Source: Malacoraja senta (lineage: Eukaryota). Taken from it: a stretch of DNA of 64,000 bases. Positions 35,014-47,866 of this stretch are shown piece by piece (within the stretch, counting starts at the first letter, position 1; each line of letters opens with the position of its first letter). Location: the NCBI GenBank assembly GCA_038087875.1, contig CM075995.1, forward strand, positions 8,744,001 to 8,808,000, read 5' to 3'. The position numbers were made by a program, and so were the translations under genes. The notes under the pieces were generated by a model, which saw only the letters and a list, made by a program, of their open reading frames with translations, ran no database searches and had not been told where the DNA came from.

Positions 35014-37749
35014 GTAATTGTCCCGAGTGTGTAGGATAGTGCTCGTGTATCGCTGGTCGGCGCAGAATTCTGTTTCCATGCCACAGAAGCATCTCTACAA
35101 TCGCTCCACACTCTTAAAGTAAAGTCTAAAGTCTGAAGTCGCAACGCTCTCTTGAAATTTGCTGACGACACCACTGCTGTTGGATGGATTACAGGAAATG
35201 ATGAGTGAGAAGGGAGGCACAAAATGCTGGAGTAACTCAGCGAGACAGGCAGCATCTCCGGAGAGAAGGAATGGGTGACATTTCAGGTCGAGACCCTTCT
35301 TCAAGCTGCAAGGTCTGGGACGGTCTCGACCCAAAACTTCACCCATTCCTTCCCTCCAGAGATGCTGCCAGTCCCACTGACTTACTCCAGCTTTTTGTGT
35401 CTATCTTCGGTTTAAACCAGCATCTGCTGTTCCTTCCCTACACAATGATAAGTCAGTCTCGAGGGAGTTTGACAATCTGATTGAGTGGTGCCGGAGCAGC
35501 AATCTTGCTCTCAAAGGTAGACAAAAATGCTGGAGAAACTCAGCGGGTGAGGCAGCATCTATGGAGCGAAGGGATGGGTGAACCGAGAATAGAATATATT
35601 AGATAGAGAAACACAGAAAGACAGAGACAGATACAGAGACAAAATGTTTAAGAAGGAACTGCAGATGCGGGAAAATCGAAGGTAGACACAAAATGCTGGA
35701 GAAACTCAGCGGGTTTCAGAGGGCGGTGGAGGCAGGTTCTTTGGATGCTTTCAAGAGAGAGCTAGATAGGGCTCTTAAAGATAGCGGAGTCAGGGGGTAT
35801 GGGGAGAAGGCAGGAACGGGCTGCTGATTGGGGATGATCAGCCATGACCACATTGAATGGCGGTGCTGGCTCGAAGGGCCGAATGGCCTACTCCTGCACC
35901 TATTGCCTATTGAGGTAGCATCTATGGACGTTTCGGGCCAAAACCCGGAAGGCAGCATCTATGGAGCGAAGGAATAGGCGACGTTTCGGCCCGAAACGTC
36001 GCCTATTTCCTTCACTCCATAGATGCTGCCTCACCCGCTGAGTTTCTCCAGCATTTTTGTCTACCTTCGATTGTTCCAGCATCTGCAGTTCCTTCTTAAA
36101 CAATCTTGCTCTCAGTCAGCAAGACGAAGGGGCTGATCATTGACTTTGAGAAGCAGAAATCCAAGGATCCACTAACCTTGAAACATATAAGATTGTTAAG
36201 GCCTTGAAACATATAAGATTGTTAAGAGGCAGGAAACATGTTCCCGATGTTGGGGGAGTCCAGAACCAGGGGCCACAGTTTAAGAATAAGGAGTAAGCCA
36301 TTTAGAACGGAGACGTGGAAACACTTTTTCTCACAGAGAGTGGTGAGTCTGTGGAATTCTCTGCCTCAGAGGGCGGTGGAGGCCAGTTCTCTGGATGCTT
36401 TCAAGAGAGAGCTAGATAGGGCTCTTAAAAATAGCAGAGTCAGGGGATATGGGGAGAAGGCAGGAACGGGGTACTGATTGGGGATGATCAGCCATGACCA
36501 CATTGAATGGCGGTGCTGGCGGTGGTGGAGAGAGTCTAGATCTGGATGTCTGGATGTAGTACGCTGAAAAGCTCTAGGTAGAGCATCACTCATCACTGGA
36601 CAATTAAAAAAAAAATTTTAAAACATTTTTATCAAGCCAATTAATCAAGATTCAAGAGAGTTTATTGTCATGTGTCCCTGATAGGACAATGAAATTCTTG
36701 CTTTGCTTCAGCACAACAGAACATAGTAGGCATTGACTACAAAACAGATCAGTGTGTCCATATACCATTATATAAATATATACACACATGAATAAATAAA
36801 CTGATAAAGTGCAAATAAACAGATAATGGGCTATTAATGTTCAGAGTTTTGTTCGAGCCGAGCCTGATGGCTGTGGGGAAGTAGCTATTCCTGAACCTGG
36901 TCGTTGCAGTCTTCAGGCTCCTGTACCTTCTACCTGAAGGTAGAGGGGAGATGAGTGTGTGGCCAGGATGGTGTGGGTCCTTGATGATGCTGCCAGCCCT
37001 TTTGAGGCAGCGACTGCCTCAAGCCAATTAACCTACAAACCTGTACGTCTTTGGAGTGTGGGAGGAAACCGAAGATCTCGGAGAAAACCCACGGGGAAAA
37101 CGTACAAACTCCGTACAGACAGCACCCGTAGTCGGGATCGAACCCGGGTCTGTGGCGCTGCATTTTGCTGTAAGGCAGCAACTCTACCGCTGCGCCACCG
37201 TGACTGCCCAGGCATGCATATCTCTGAAGATCTGTCCTGTGCCCAGCGCACTGATGCAATCAGAAAGAAAGAAAGCCCATCCACGCTGCTACTTCATCCA
37301 AGATGGCCCCCAACCCAGCCGACTATTCGCCACGGAAGCAGACCGACAAACTGATATCACAATCGCTACACACTCTTAAACCTCTACTCCTGCAGTGACA
37401 TTTATAACTTGACCTTCTTAAACTCTTTACCCTGCACTAAACATCATTCCCTTGTCATGCATCTATACACTGTACATGCCTCGATTGTTTCATGCCTTGT
37501 CTTTCGTCAGTACACGTGACAATAAACTAAACTGAACTGAGGAGGGACTGCAGAGGGAGAGGGAGGGAGGGAGAGAGAGAGAGAGGGAGAGGGAGAGGGA
37601 GAGAGGGGATCTCATTGAAACATATAAGATTGTTAAGGGCTTGGACACCTCATATTTCGCTTGGGTAGTTTACACCCCAGCAGTATGAACGTTGACCTCC
37701 AATTTCAGGTAGTCCCTGCTTTCTCCCTCTTTCCCCTCCACTTCCCAGT

Positions 37750-38912
37750 CAACCTAGGCCTGCACTTCATCCTCCAGCACCCAGACCGCCAGGGGACCTA
37801 TGCAAGGATCCTGTTTGTGGATTTTAGCTCTTCATTCAACACCATTGTGCCAGAGCTACTACACTCCAAACTCTCCCAGTTGACTGTGCCTGAACCCCTC
37901 TGTCGGTGGATCATCAACTTCCTGACAGACAGGAAGCAGCATCTGAGGCTGGGAAAGCACATCTCGGACCCGCAAACGCTCAGCATAGGAGCACCGTAAG
38001 GCTGCGTACTCTCCCCTCTCCTCTACTCTCTCTACACCAACGACTGCACCTCCACTGACTCCCCTGTCAAGCTTCTCAAGTTTGCGGACGACACAACCCT
38101 GATTGGACTGATCCAGGATGGGGAGGAATCTGCCTACAGACAGGAAGTGTCGCAGCTGGCGTCCTGGTGCCATCGCAACAACCTAGAGCTCAATGCTCTT
38201 AAGACTGTGGAATTGATTGTAGACTTTAGGAGAGCTCCCTCTCCCCTCACCCCACTCACCATCAACAACACCACAGTCACATCTGTGGAGCCTTTTAAGT
38301 TCCTTGGAACCATCATCTCCAAGGACCTTAAGTGGGGGGCTACCATCAACTCCACAGTCAAAAAGGCACAACAGAGGATGTACTTCCTGCGGCAGCTGAG
38401 GAAGCACAATCTGCCACAGGCAATGATGGTCCAATTCTACACGGCCATCGTAGAGTCTGTCCTCACCTTCTCCATCATGGTCTGGTTTGGCTCAGCCACC
38501 AAGCACGACACCTGGAGGCTGCAGCGAATCGTTCGATCAGTAGAGAAGGTTATTGGCTGCAACCTTCCCCCATTGATGAACTGTACACTGCAAGGGCCAG
38601 GAAGCGAGCGGGCAAGATCATCTCTGACCCCTCTCACCCTGGCCACAAACTCTTTGAATCACTTCCCTCTGGAAGGCGACTCTGGACTGTCAAAGCCGCC
38701 ACAGCCAGACATAAAAACACCTTTTTTCCACGAGTAGTAGCTTTACTCAATAACCAAAAATCTGTAGCCTATTTTTGCCTTGGTAGTTTATTTCATTCTT
38801 CACATGTTTAAATTATAATGTTTCATTCTTAATTGTATATCGTGTTGCTACTTTCGAGCAAAGCACCAAGGCAAATTCCTTGTATGTATCGGCTAATAAA
38901 ATGTATTCAATT
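37750..38912 (+). mobile_element. Rex/Babar-type LINE, 5'-truncated RT region with inactivating mutations
   Basis: YARILFVDFSSSFNTI..GAP*GCVLSPLLYSLYTND..KFADDTTLIGLI..KKAQQRMYFLRQLRK. Premature TAA at 37997-37999 and a frameshift near 38570. Confidence 0.88.
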
Positions 38913-41779
38913 CAAGGAACAGCTTCTTCCTTACCACCATCAAACTGAACCAATCTATCAACAACTAGAGGGCGATCTTGAGCTATTATCTGCCTTCGGA
39001 CTATCTTTAACCGGATTTTACCTTGCACTAAAAGTTATTCCCTTTACCATGTATCTGTACACTGTGGATGGTCCTATTGTAATCATGTACGGCATGGCCG
39101 TCCGAAGGGGGGATGCGATGGGTGCGGTCGCACCCCCCTTTTTTCCAGAGTAAATCCAGAGTAAAAAAATATTTAAAAATTGGGCGCAATATTTTTAAAT
39201 TTGGTACCCCCAACAAGTAACTACTAGTTATCCGGGATGTGTAAGCGAGGGAAGTAAGTGTCGGGAAAATATCTCTTAACACAAGTCAACTATCTCAGCC
39301 TATTTCCTTCGCTCCATAGATGCTGCAGCACCCGCTGAGTTTCTCCAGCACTTTTGTCTACCTTCAACTATCTCAGAATGCCTGTGGTGGACGGGGAATG
39401 TGTATAAACTTCCAGTAAACTATCGGTGGAGATGGAATTAATCCAGGAGCGCGGTGTACCCGTTGATCTGATAGAATGGAGCAGCTGGGCTTGTACACTC
39501 TGGAGTTTAGAAGGATGAGAGGGCATCTCATTGAAACATATAAGATTGTTAAGGGCTTGGACACGCTAGAGGCAGGAAACATGTTCCCGATGTTGGGGGA
39601 GTCCAGAACCAGGGGCCACACACAGTTTAAGAATAAGGAGTAAGCCATTTAGAACGGAGACGAGGAAACACTTTTTCTCACAGAGAGTGGTGAGTCTGTG
39701 GAATTCTCTGCCTCAGAGGGCGGTGGAGGCAGGTTCTCTGGATACACTACAAAATACAAATTATAAGTAGTGAAAAGCATACAAAAAAGGGGCTTGGTGT
39801 GGTACTGTGTAAGCAGGAACTGCAGATGCTGGTACCTTCACCGGTCTGAAGAAGGGTCTCGATCCGAAACGTCACTCATTCCTTCTCTCCAGAGATGCTG
39901 CCTGTCCCGCTGAGTTACTCCAGCATTTTGTGTCTATCTTTGGTGTGGTTTATATTCATATAAATGTACCTTAATTACAGTGAGATACAAGGAACTGCAG
40001 GTATTGGAGTCTTGAGCAAATCACAAAGTGCTGGAGATGGAGCAACTCAGCGGGTCAGGCAGCATCTGTGGAGGGAATGGATGCAGACAACATTACAGCT
40101 TGAAACCTTTTTTTCCAAGTCTGATTAGGAGGGGGAAAAAAGAGGGAGAGGGTGGGATAAAGTCTGGCAAGTGATAGGGGATACAGGTGAAGGAGAGTGG
40201 TTGGGTTGGTAGATGGGTGGAGTAAGTGACAAAAGCTAGAGATGAAATGATAAGAGGAATGAAACATAAAGCGAGAGGGAGAGATATTGTGGAAGTGGAC
40301 AGGAAGGAGAGGAAAAAGGCGGGATGAAAGGATTATGAGGACTTGGGGATGGGAGACGAGGAGAGAGGCAAGGCAGGAGCAGGGTGGGCAGAAGAGGTTT
40401 ATGAGAATAATCCAGGGGATGATTGGATTAATGTACGATGAGCGTTTGACGGCACTGGGCCTGCACTCGCTGGAGTTTAGAAGGATGAGCAGCACCCTCA
40501 TTGAAATTTACCGAATAGAGAAAGGTCTGGGATAGAGTGGATGTGGAGAGGATGTTTCCATCGGTGGGAGAGTCTAGGACCAGAGGTCATAGCCTCAGAA
40601 TAAAAGGGCGTACTTTACAGAATGGAGATGAGGAGAATTTCTTTAGTCTGAGGGTGGTGAAATCTGTGGACTCTATCTTTACTTGGACATTACTGGACTT
40701 TATCTTGCACCAAACGTTATTCCCTTATCATGTAACTACACACTGCAAATAAATTAGGTATGTTACAAAACTTACCTTCAGCGGCGCTGCAGTTCTGTCA
40801 CTGGCCGTGTGCGCGACTTTGGCGCCTTTGAGAGGGGGGCGGGTTTAAAAATGCGGTTTCTCCAGCCTGTTCGATCGATTTTTGTCAGGCTGTTTAGTTG
40901 CTGAAGAATAATCGCTCCGACTGCCGTTATATCAAGTTTATTAAAATTAGCGATGGATAATTTAATAGCAGGAGTAAAATTAAAAGCGTCTTCTAAAGCC
41001 GTGAACGCCGACAACGGGACGGATCTCACGTACGGGACAGGTAAAGGAAAGCCGTTATTTTTTACATATAAACATGCTTCTTAGGATGCCTTTAATCAAA
41101 ATTTCACGTTGCGAAAATGTGATTATGTAAATATACGAACCGGCAGTATTTTTCCTGCCAACATCAAAATTCACCGCAAATGCAACGTTCCAAACGATCG
41201 CGTTCCACAAAATCCCACTCGCAAGATGATTTAAATGGCCATTAATTTACGGGAATTAAACACTAAATTCCTTCCATTCGGTCTATAAATTCATGACGAG
41301 ATTTAAAAATCATGTTATATTGTGAATTCTTGTGTGAATGTTATTTGGACACTTAGGGCTATTAAAAATGTTAACCTTTTCTTAAGAAATGGATAGATGT
41401 TTAGATCTAGTAATTGAATTTTGTAATTAGCTACAATGAGGTAACTGACCAATTATATGCTTTAATTTCAGGTCATCCAAGTAAGATTGTTTCATATTTG
41501 TTTCAGAATGCTTTAATCTATAATAACTGAAAATTTCATTCACTTCTCTTAATTTTTAAGAAAGATCTGGGCTTTTGACTGTCCTCGATCACAGCTTTTG
41601 AGTTAATTCAATGGAAAAGCAATAGGGAACAAGATGCTAATTTCAGAGTATGAAAATGACCATAACTTTTTAATACTGAAGATAATGAAGTGAATTAGGT
41701 GTCAAAGTAAACTTCTTTTTATGCTTTATTGATGGGATAAATTGCAGACTTGATTTATAAAATCGCAAATGTTGTAACA

Positions 41780-43632
41780 TCTATCTATCTATATATTAAA
41801 ACTGTCAAATGCATAGAATGGATTGGATGTGTGCAAAAACCTGGACATTCACCTTGTAAATAGGTTGAAAGTAATGTTGCAGAGTGTGACTCTGCTAAGT
41901 GTTAATTGGATGGGGCGGTGGAGCCTTGTGTGAGGGTTCTGTTCATCAGGGTAAATGTTTCCAAGTGGACTTCCTCTTCGAGTCGGTTGTGAATACGATG
42001 AAATTGAACTGTTGTTTCACTGGGTTGGGGAAATGCATGTTATGTATGGGCTTAATGGCTATTGGACTTCAAAACGGGTTTGCTGTGAGATTTGGTCAAA
42101 TTGGAAAAGCTCTCTGGGACAGACAGACAGACAGGCTGGTTCGGCCCTCGATTTCAAGGGGCATATCAAAGTCTGCTTGACTTGTGCCAGCCAGCCCCTT
42201 TGATACCGCGCAACGCCAAAACTCTCTCTTCCCCCTCTCCCTCTCCTCCTCCCACCCCCTTCCTCTCTACCCCACCCCCTTCCCTCTCTCCCCCACACCC
42301 TTCCCCCTACCCCTCTGTCCCTCTTCCACCACTCCCCCTACCCCCCTCTACCCCTCCCGCCCCACTCTTCCACTTCTCTCCCCTTACCCCACCCCTCCCT
42401 TCCCCCTCCATCCCCTCACCCCTACCCCTCTGTCCCTCTTCCACCACACCCCCCACCACTCTCGCCCTCCATCCCCACTCTTCCACTTCTCTCCTCCCTT
42501 CCCCCACCCCTCTCCCCCTCCCTCTCTCACCCCACCCCATTCCACTCCCCTCCCCCTCTCCCACTTCCCCTACACCTCTCCCCCTCCCCATTCTTCCACT
42601 TATCTCCCCCCATCCTCCCCCACCCCTCTCTCCCCCCTCCCTTCCCTCTCCCTCCCCAATCTTCCCCCTCTCTCTGCTCTCCCCCTCCCTCCACTCTTCC
42701 CCCTCTCCTCACCCCTCTCCTCCTCCCTCCCACCCCCTCCTCCACCCCTCTTCACTCCCATCACCCCCTTCCCATCTCTTGCACCACTCCCCGCTACCCT
42801 CTCCCCCTCACTCCCCACTCTACCCCTCCCCCACCTCTCTCCCCCCCCTCCCTCTCTATCCCCCCCCTTCTCCTCATCCCCTCCCTCCACCTCTAACATC
42901 CCTTCCCCCCCTTCTCCCACCCCCCTACCCCCTCTCCCCCTTCCTGCCCTCCTCCCACTCCCCGCTCTCATCTCCCTCCCCAATCTCTCCCCTTTCCTCC
43001 TCCCCCTCCCTCCCCTCTTCTCTCCCTCCCTTCTTCTCTCCCCACCCCATCTCCCCTCTCCCCCCTTCCCCTGCCTGTGTGTTTGGGGGTGGTTAGTGTG
43101 AGTGTGACGCCGCAGCCCCGAGCAAACGCGCGTTGGGAAAACAGGTCCGCCAACAGTCTCTCTGTCTTTAAGAAGGAACTGCAGATGCTGGAAAATCAAA
43201 GATACACAACAAAAATGAAGAAAAAACTCAGCGGGTGCAGCAGCATCTATGGAGCTAAGGAAATAGGCAAAGTTTCGGGCATACACCAGTCTGAAGATGA
43301 GTTTCGGCCAAAACGTTGCCTATTTCCTTCGCTCCATAGATGCTGCTGCACCCGCTGAGTTTCTCCAGCTTTTTTTGGTGTACCAGTCTCTCTGTCTCTC
43401 CCGTCTCTCTCTCTGCACAGCCGCGCTCGACTCATGCACGCCCGCTCCAAACCCCCCCCCTTCACCTCTCCCCCCCATCCTCTCCTTCCCCCCCATCCCC
43501 CTCCCCCCTCCAACCGTGCTTTGGAGGAACAGACCCAACAGGTGGGTGGTTAGTGTGACGCCGCAGCCCCCCACCCCCCCCCCCGCAACGCACGTTGGGG
43601 AAACAGACCCAACGGGTCTGCACTTGGTCTAG
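41780..43632 (+). mobile_element. Non-autonomous Helitron with a long C/T-rich low-complexity interior
   Basis: 5' TCTATCTATCTATATATTAAAAC; 3' GACCC-AAC-GGGTC hairpin, 10 nt, then CTAG; A|T insertion site. Confidence 0.8.
42222..43072 (+). repeat. Pyrimidine (C-rich) low-complexity tract
   Basis: About 850 bp almost devoid of G; source of the Pro/Ser and Gly/Arg/Glu ORFs. Confidence 0.95.
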
Positions 43633-43974
43633 TTGCTAATAAAAGGGCGTACTTTACAGAATGGAGATGAGGAGGAATTTTTTTAGTCTGAGGGTGGTGA
43701 ATCTGTGGACTCTGACTATCTTTACTTGGACATTACTGGACTTTATCTTGCACAAACGTTATTCCCTTATCATGTATCTACACACTGTAAATAAATGGCT
43801 CGATTGTAATCATGTATTGTCTTTCCGCTGACTGGTTAGCACGCAACAAAAGCTTTTCACTGTACCTCGGTACACGTGACAATAAACTAAACTTTGAATT
43901 AAGGATAGACACAAAAATGCTGAGTAACTCAGCGGGTCAGGCAAGGTCTCTGGAGAACATGCTTCTTTCTCTCC

Positions 43975-44343
43975 CTCTCGGCCCATCACTTGACGTCTGG
44001 TCCACCATTGTTCCCCTCCTCCTTCACACTTTCCCGTGACGTCACGCACCGCCCCGAGCCCGCCCACGGCTTTCGATGACGCACCCGCACCCGCTCCCTT
44101 TCCAACCCTCCGCCAATGAACGACCTTGCTGGTCCCGTCGTCCCACGACGCCACTCCCTAACGACCGCCCGCCAATGGAGCGGGCGAGCCTCCGGCCCGT
44201 CCTCCCCGCCCACCTTATGACGCCATCCTGCCTCTCCGCCGATGGGAGGCCCGTCGTCCCTCTGGACGCCACTCCCGTGACAACCTCCGCCAATGAGCGG
44301 CCGAGTGATGTTGAACGCCGCAGTCCCCAGGCTCGAGCCAATG
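43975..44343 (+). promoter_or_regulatory. CpG-island-like promoter fragment (CRE, CCAAT boxes, GC boxes), truncated by the gap
   Basis: CpG-dense. Palindromic CGTGACGTCACG at 44035-44046; CCAAT at 44113, 44172, 44290 and 44338, all in the same orientation; several CCGCCC boxes. Confidence 0.65.
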
Positions 44344-44543
44344 NNNNNNNNNNNNNNNNNNNNNNNNNNNNNNNNNNNNNNNNNNNNNNNNNNNNNNNNN
44401 NNNNNNNNNNNNNNNNNNNNNNNNNNNNNNNNNNNNNNNNNNNNNNNNNNNNNNNNNNNNNNNNNNNNNNNNNNNNNNNNNNNNNNNNNNNNNNNNNNNN
44501 NNNNNNNNNNNNNNNNNNNNNNNNNNNNNNNNNNNNNNNNNNN
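44344..44543. other. Assembly gap (200 N, probably a placeholder size)
   Basis: Run of exactly 200 N between a GC-rich segment and a (GGGGGTAGAGAGGGA)-like purine repeat. Confidence 0.99.
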
Positions 44544-45006
44544 GGTAGAGAGGGAGGGGATAGAGAGGGAGGGGGGTAGAGAGGGAGGGGGGTAGAGAGG
44601 GAGGGGGGGTAGAGAGGGAGGGGGTAGAGAGGGAGGGAGAGAGAGGGGTAGAGAGGAAGATGGACTTAAAGATGGACGGTAGACACAAAATGCTGGAGTA
44701 ACTCAGCGGGTGAGTCAGCATCTATGGAGAGGAATAGGCGACGTCGCCCATTCCTTCTCTCTGTAGATGCTGCCTCACCCGCTGAGTTACTCCAGCATAT
44801 TGTGCCTACTTTTGATTTTACCACCATCTGCAGTTCTTTCCTACACACTTAAGGATGGATAATACGTCTTTGCATCGTCGGTGAGGTCTGCTTTACCCTA
44901 AATTAATAATCACAGAGAAATGGGCAGTACTTCCAGGTTGGAACGAAAGTATCGCTTGTTTCGCTTCACCCTTTTTAAAATAATGTTTGACTTCTCCTTT
45001 CTTTAG

Positions 45007-45133
45007 CTGGAAAGAGACTGAAGCCAAACAGGAGAGCACAGCGAGGTCCAGCCAGTGCATCGCAGAGTCGTGGATGAGTTGTACAGTGCTGTTTGAAGAA
45101 ATAGCCCACTTCAAGAAGCAAAACCCAGGAAAG
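45007..45133 (+). CDS. RETREG1: Reticulophagy regulator 1 (FAM134B)-like, exon equivalent to human exon 4 (127 nt)
   Basis: Acceptor cttctcctttctttag, donor AAG|gtaagg. Encodes (x)WKETEAKQESTARSSQCIAESWMSCTVLFEEIAHFKKQNPGK, versus recalled human [43 protein letters not shown]. Confidence 0.92.
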
Positions 45134-45444
45134 GTAAGGAAATTCTAATTCCCTGCGATATCTAAGTCGTGTTTGGTTTCGTTTAGAGACACAGCACGGA
45201 AACGGGCCATTCGGCCCACCGAGTCCACACCGACCAGCGATCCCCACACACTAACACCATCCCACACACACACACACACACTCCAGGGACAATTTACATT
45301 TATACCGAGCCAATTAGCCGACAGTCCTGGAGTTTGTTTTAGACTTGAACCATGGTGGACGTCTGAAGGCACATCTTTGATATTCTTGCAACGGGGTAAC
45401 ACTTCTGCTGCAGTGTTAAAATCAGGCTTTACTTGAGTAAAGGT

Positions 45445-46038
45445 AGACACAGAGTGCCGGAGTAACTCAGCGGGTCAGGCAGCATCTGTGGAGAACATGG
45501 ATAGGTGACGTTTCACAGAGTGCTGGAGTAACTCAGCGGGTCAGGCAGCATCTGTGGAGAACATGGATAGGTGACGTTTCACAGAGTGCTGGAGTAACTC
45601 AGCGGGTCAGGCAGCATCTGTGGAGAACATGGATAGGTGACGTTTCACAGAGTGCTGGAGTAACTCAGCGGGTCAGGCAGCATCTGTGGAGCGAAGGAAA
45701 TGGGCAACCTTTCGGGCCGAAACCCTGAAGGAAATAGGCAACGTTTCGGGCCGAAACCCGGAAGGGTTTCGGGCCGAAACGTTGCCTATTTCCTTCGCTC
45801 CATAGATGCTGCCGGAACATGGATAGGTGACGTTTCACAGAGTGCTGGAGTAACTCAGCGGGTCAGGCAGCATCTGTGGAGAACATGGATAGGTGACGTT
45901 TCACAGAGTGCCGGAGTAACTCAGCGGGTCAGGCAGCATCTGTGGAGAACATGGATAGGTGACGTTTCACAGAGTGCTGGAGTAACTCAGCGGGTCAGGC
46001 AGCATCTGTGGAGAATATGGATAGGTGACGTTTCACAG
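45445..46038 (+). repeat. 66-bp minisatellite array interrupted by a Penelope-end palindrome (~45690-45812)
   Basis: About 7 units in total, in RETREG1 intron 4. Confidence 0.92.
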
Positions 46039-46409
46039 TGCCAATTTTTTCCCACTGGGATCGAGCTGTGTTTGCAGCGACGTCTTCCTCCCGACATCAG
46101 CTGCAGTTGCACCTGCGATGCTCCTGTGAACTTGCCACACGGACAGGGCTATTACACACCAGCCTTCCACTGTCAGGCTGGAAATCAGACCCACATGCCT
46201 GTGCCATTATATATCCGGCACGTTTAGTGGTCTCCCTTGACTGGGGACATCGGGTCCTGAGAGAGAGCCAACAGTTTATGCTCCTATCATTTCAATCTGA
46301 TTTCATTTACTTGATTTTTATTTTGATTCAGTTTAGTTTATTGTCACGTGTACTGAGGCACAGTAAAAAGCTTTTGTTGTGTGCTAACCAGTCAGCGGAA
46401 AGGCAATAT

Positions 46410-46868
46410 ATCAAGTCAAGTTAAGTCACTTTTATTTCTATAGCACATTTAAAAAACAACTCTCGTTGACCAAAGTGCTTTACATTGGTGGAGGTACTAA
46501 TGTTATACAACAGTGGTTCATAGATTAAATACAAACATCACTACATACATATAGCCCACGCTCAGAGGACGTCAAGAAAGGCTTGGGAGTAGAGATGAAT
46601 TTTATGTCTCGATTTAAAGGAGTCGATGGAGGGGGCAGTTCTGATGGGAAGAGGGATGCTGTTCCATAGTCTAGGAGCTGCAACCGCAAAGGCGCGGTCG
46701 CCCCTGAGCTTATGCCTAGACAGCGGGATGTTCAGTAACCCCAAGTCGGCCGATCTGAGGGACCTGGAGGTGGAGTGGTGGGTGAGCAGACTTTTGATGT
46801 AGGTGGGGGCAAGCCCGTTAAGGGCTTTGTAGACAAAGGAGGATCTTGAAATTTATTCGGAACCGCAT
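46410..46868 (-). mobile_element. L2 LINE 3' fragment
   Basis: Antisense copy of the 29050-29492 family. Confidence 0.85.
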
Positions 46869-47361
46869 ATATGATTACAATCGAGGCGTCCACAAGTGTG
46901 CAGATACAGGATAAAGACTATCCCGTTTAGTGCAAGGTAAAGTGAGGGTGGAAGTTTCTTAAAATGGGAAAGTTTAAAGTTTACACTGCTGGGTTGCCTC
47001 CTGCGGCTTCTATTATTCATTAGTTTCTATAGATCCCAGAGCAGTCCAGCACAGGAAGGAGGACTTTGGCCCGCTATGTTTGTACTGAACATGGTGCCAC
47101 GTTAGACTGATCACATCTGCCTGCTACATGATCCATATCCCACCATTTCCTGCACTTCTATCAGCCTATCTAAGAGCAACTTAAACGCCACTATCATAGC
47201 CTCCGCCAACCCCCCTGGCAGCGCATGCCAGGCCCCAGACCACTCTACGTGTAAAAAAAAAACTCGCCCCGCACATCGCGATTAAACGTTCGCCCTCTCA
47301 CCTTATAGCTACAGTATGCCCACTAGTGCTGGACATTCGCACCCTGAGAAGAAGATTCTGA

Positions 47362-47579
47362 CTGCGAGTTGGGGGCTATGCGTGAGTGGATAGGGCGGGA
47401 ATGGGGTAAAAGGAGCCAATTAATTAAATTGATATAATATCAAGGGGGGTGGTTAGTGTGTGTGTGTGTGAGGTGGTTGGTGTGTGTGGGGGGTGGTTTG
47501 TGCGTGTGTGACGCCCGCCCCCCCCCCCACCGCAATCGTGCGTTGAGGGGATGGACCCAACGGGTCCACCTTGGTCTAG
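47362..47579 (+). mobile_element. Helitron 3' end fragment
   Basis: GGTGGTTAGTGTG..GGACCC-AAC-GGGTCC-ACCTTGGT-CTAG, homologous to 43545-43632. Confidence 0.65.
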
Positions 47580-47866
47580 AACCATCCATAACTCTCATAA
47601 TCTTATATACTTCTATCTCGTCTCCCCTCAACCTCTGCTGTTCCAGAGAAATAGTTTAATAAAGTCTAATGAATGAATGAATGAATAAGTTTATTGGCCA
47701 AGTATTCACATACAAGGAATTTGCCTTGGTGCTCCGCCCGCCAGTGACAACATGACATGCAGTGACAGGTAAGAATGATACATAAAACATTAAACCCATG
47801 TGTAATAGAACCCAGAGAAGTTGAATAACCTTTCTTTCTATTTTCCCTCCGTCCCTCACCCTACAG

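Larger units (their letters stand above)
40755..43638. mobile_element. Non-autonomous TIR DNA transposon (superfamily unresolved), right TIR split by a Helitron
   Basis: Left end TAGGTATGTTACAA. Right end TTGTAACA|TTGCTA after excising 41780-43632 (12/14 match). Confidence 0.65.

Noticed and set aside
37661..38811. Active reverse transcriptase gene
   Set aside because: 5'-truncated, with an in-frame stop in the GAPQG motif and a frameshift.
42092..43286. Longest ORFs (334, 305 and 228 aa; Pro/Ser- or Gly/Arg-rich) as genes
   Set aside because: Open in several frames on both strands because the C-rich tract lacks stops; they lie inside a Helitron.
44113..44342. ER-stress element (ERSE) in the CCAAT cluster
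   Set aside because: None of the three checkable CCAAT boxes is followed by CCACG at 9-nt spacing; the fourth runs into the gap.
44920..44948. ATG GGC AGT ACT TCC AGG TTG GAA CGA AA|gtatcg as an alternative RETREG1 first exon (in frame with exon 4)
   Set aside because: Weak donor and only a 58-nt intron, with no similarity to known RETREG1 N-termini. Not supportable without RNA data.
45700..46227. 175-aa ORF with 22-aa repeats
   Set aside because: Translation of the 66-bp minisatellite inside an intron.
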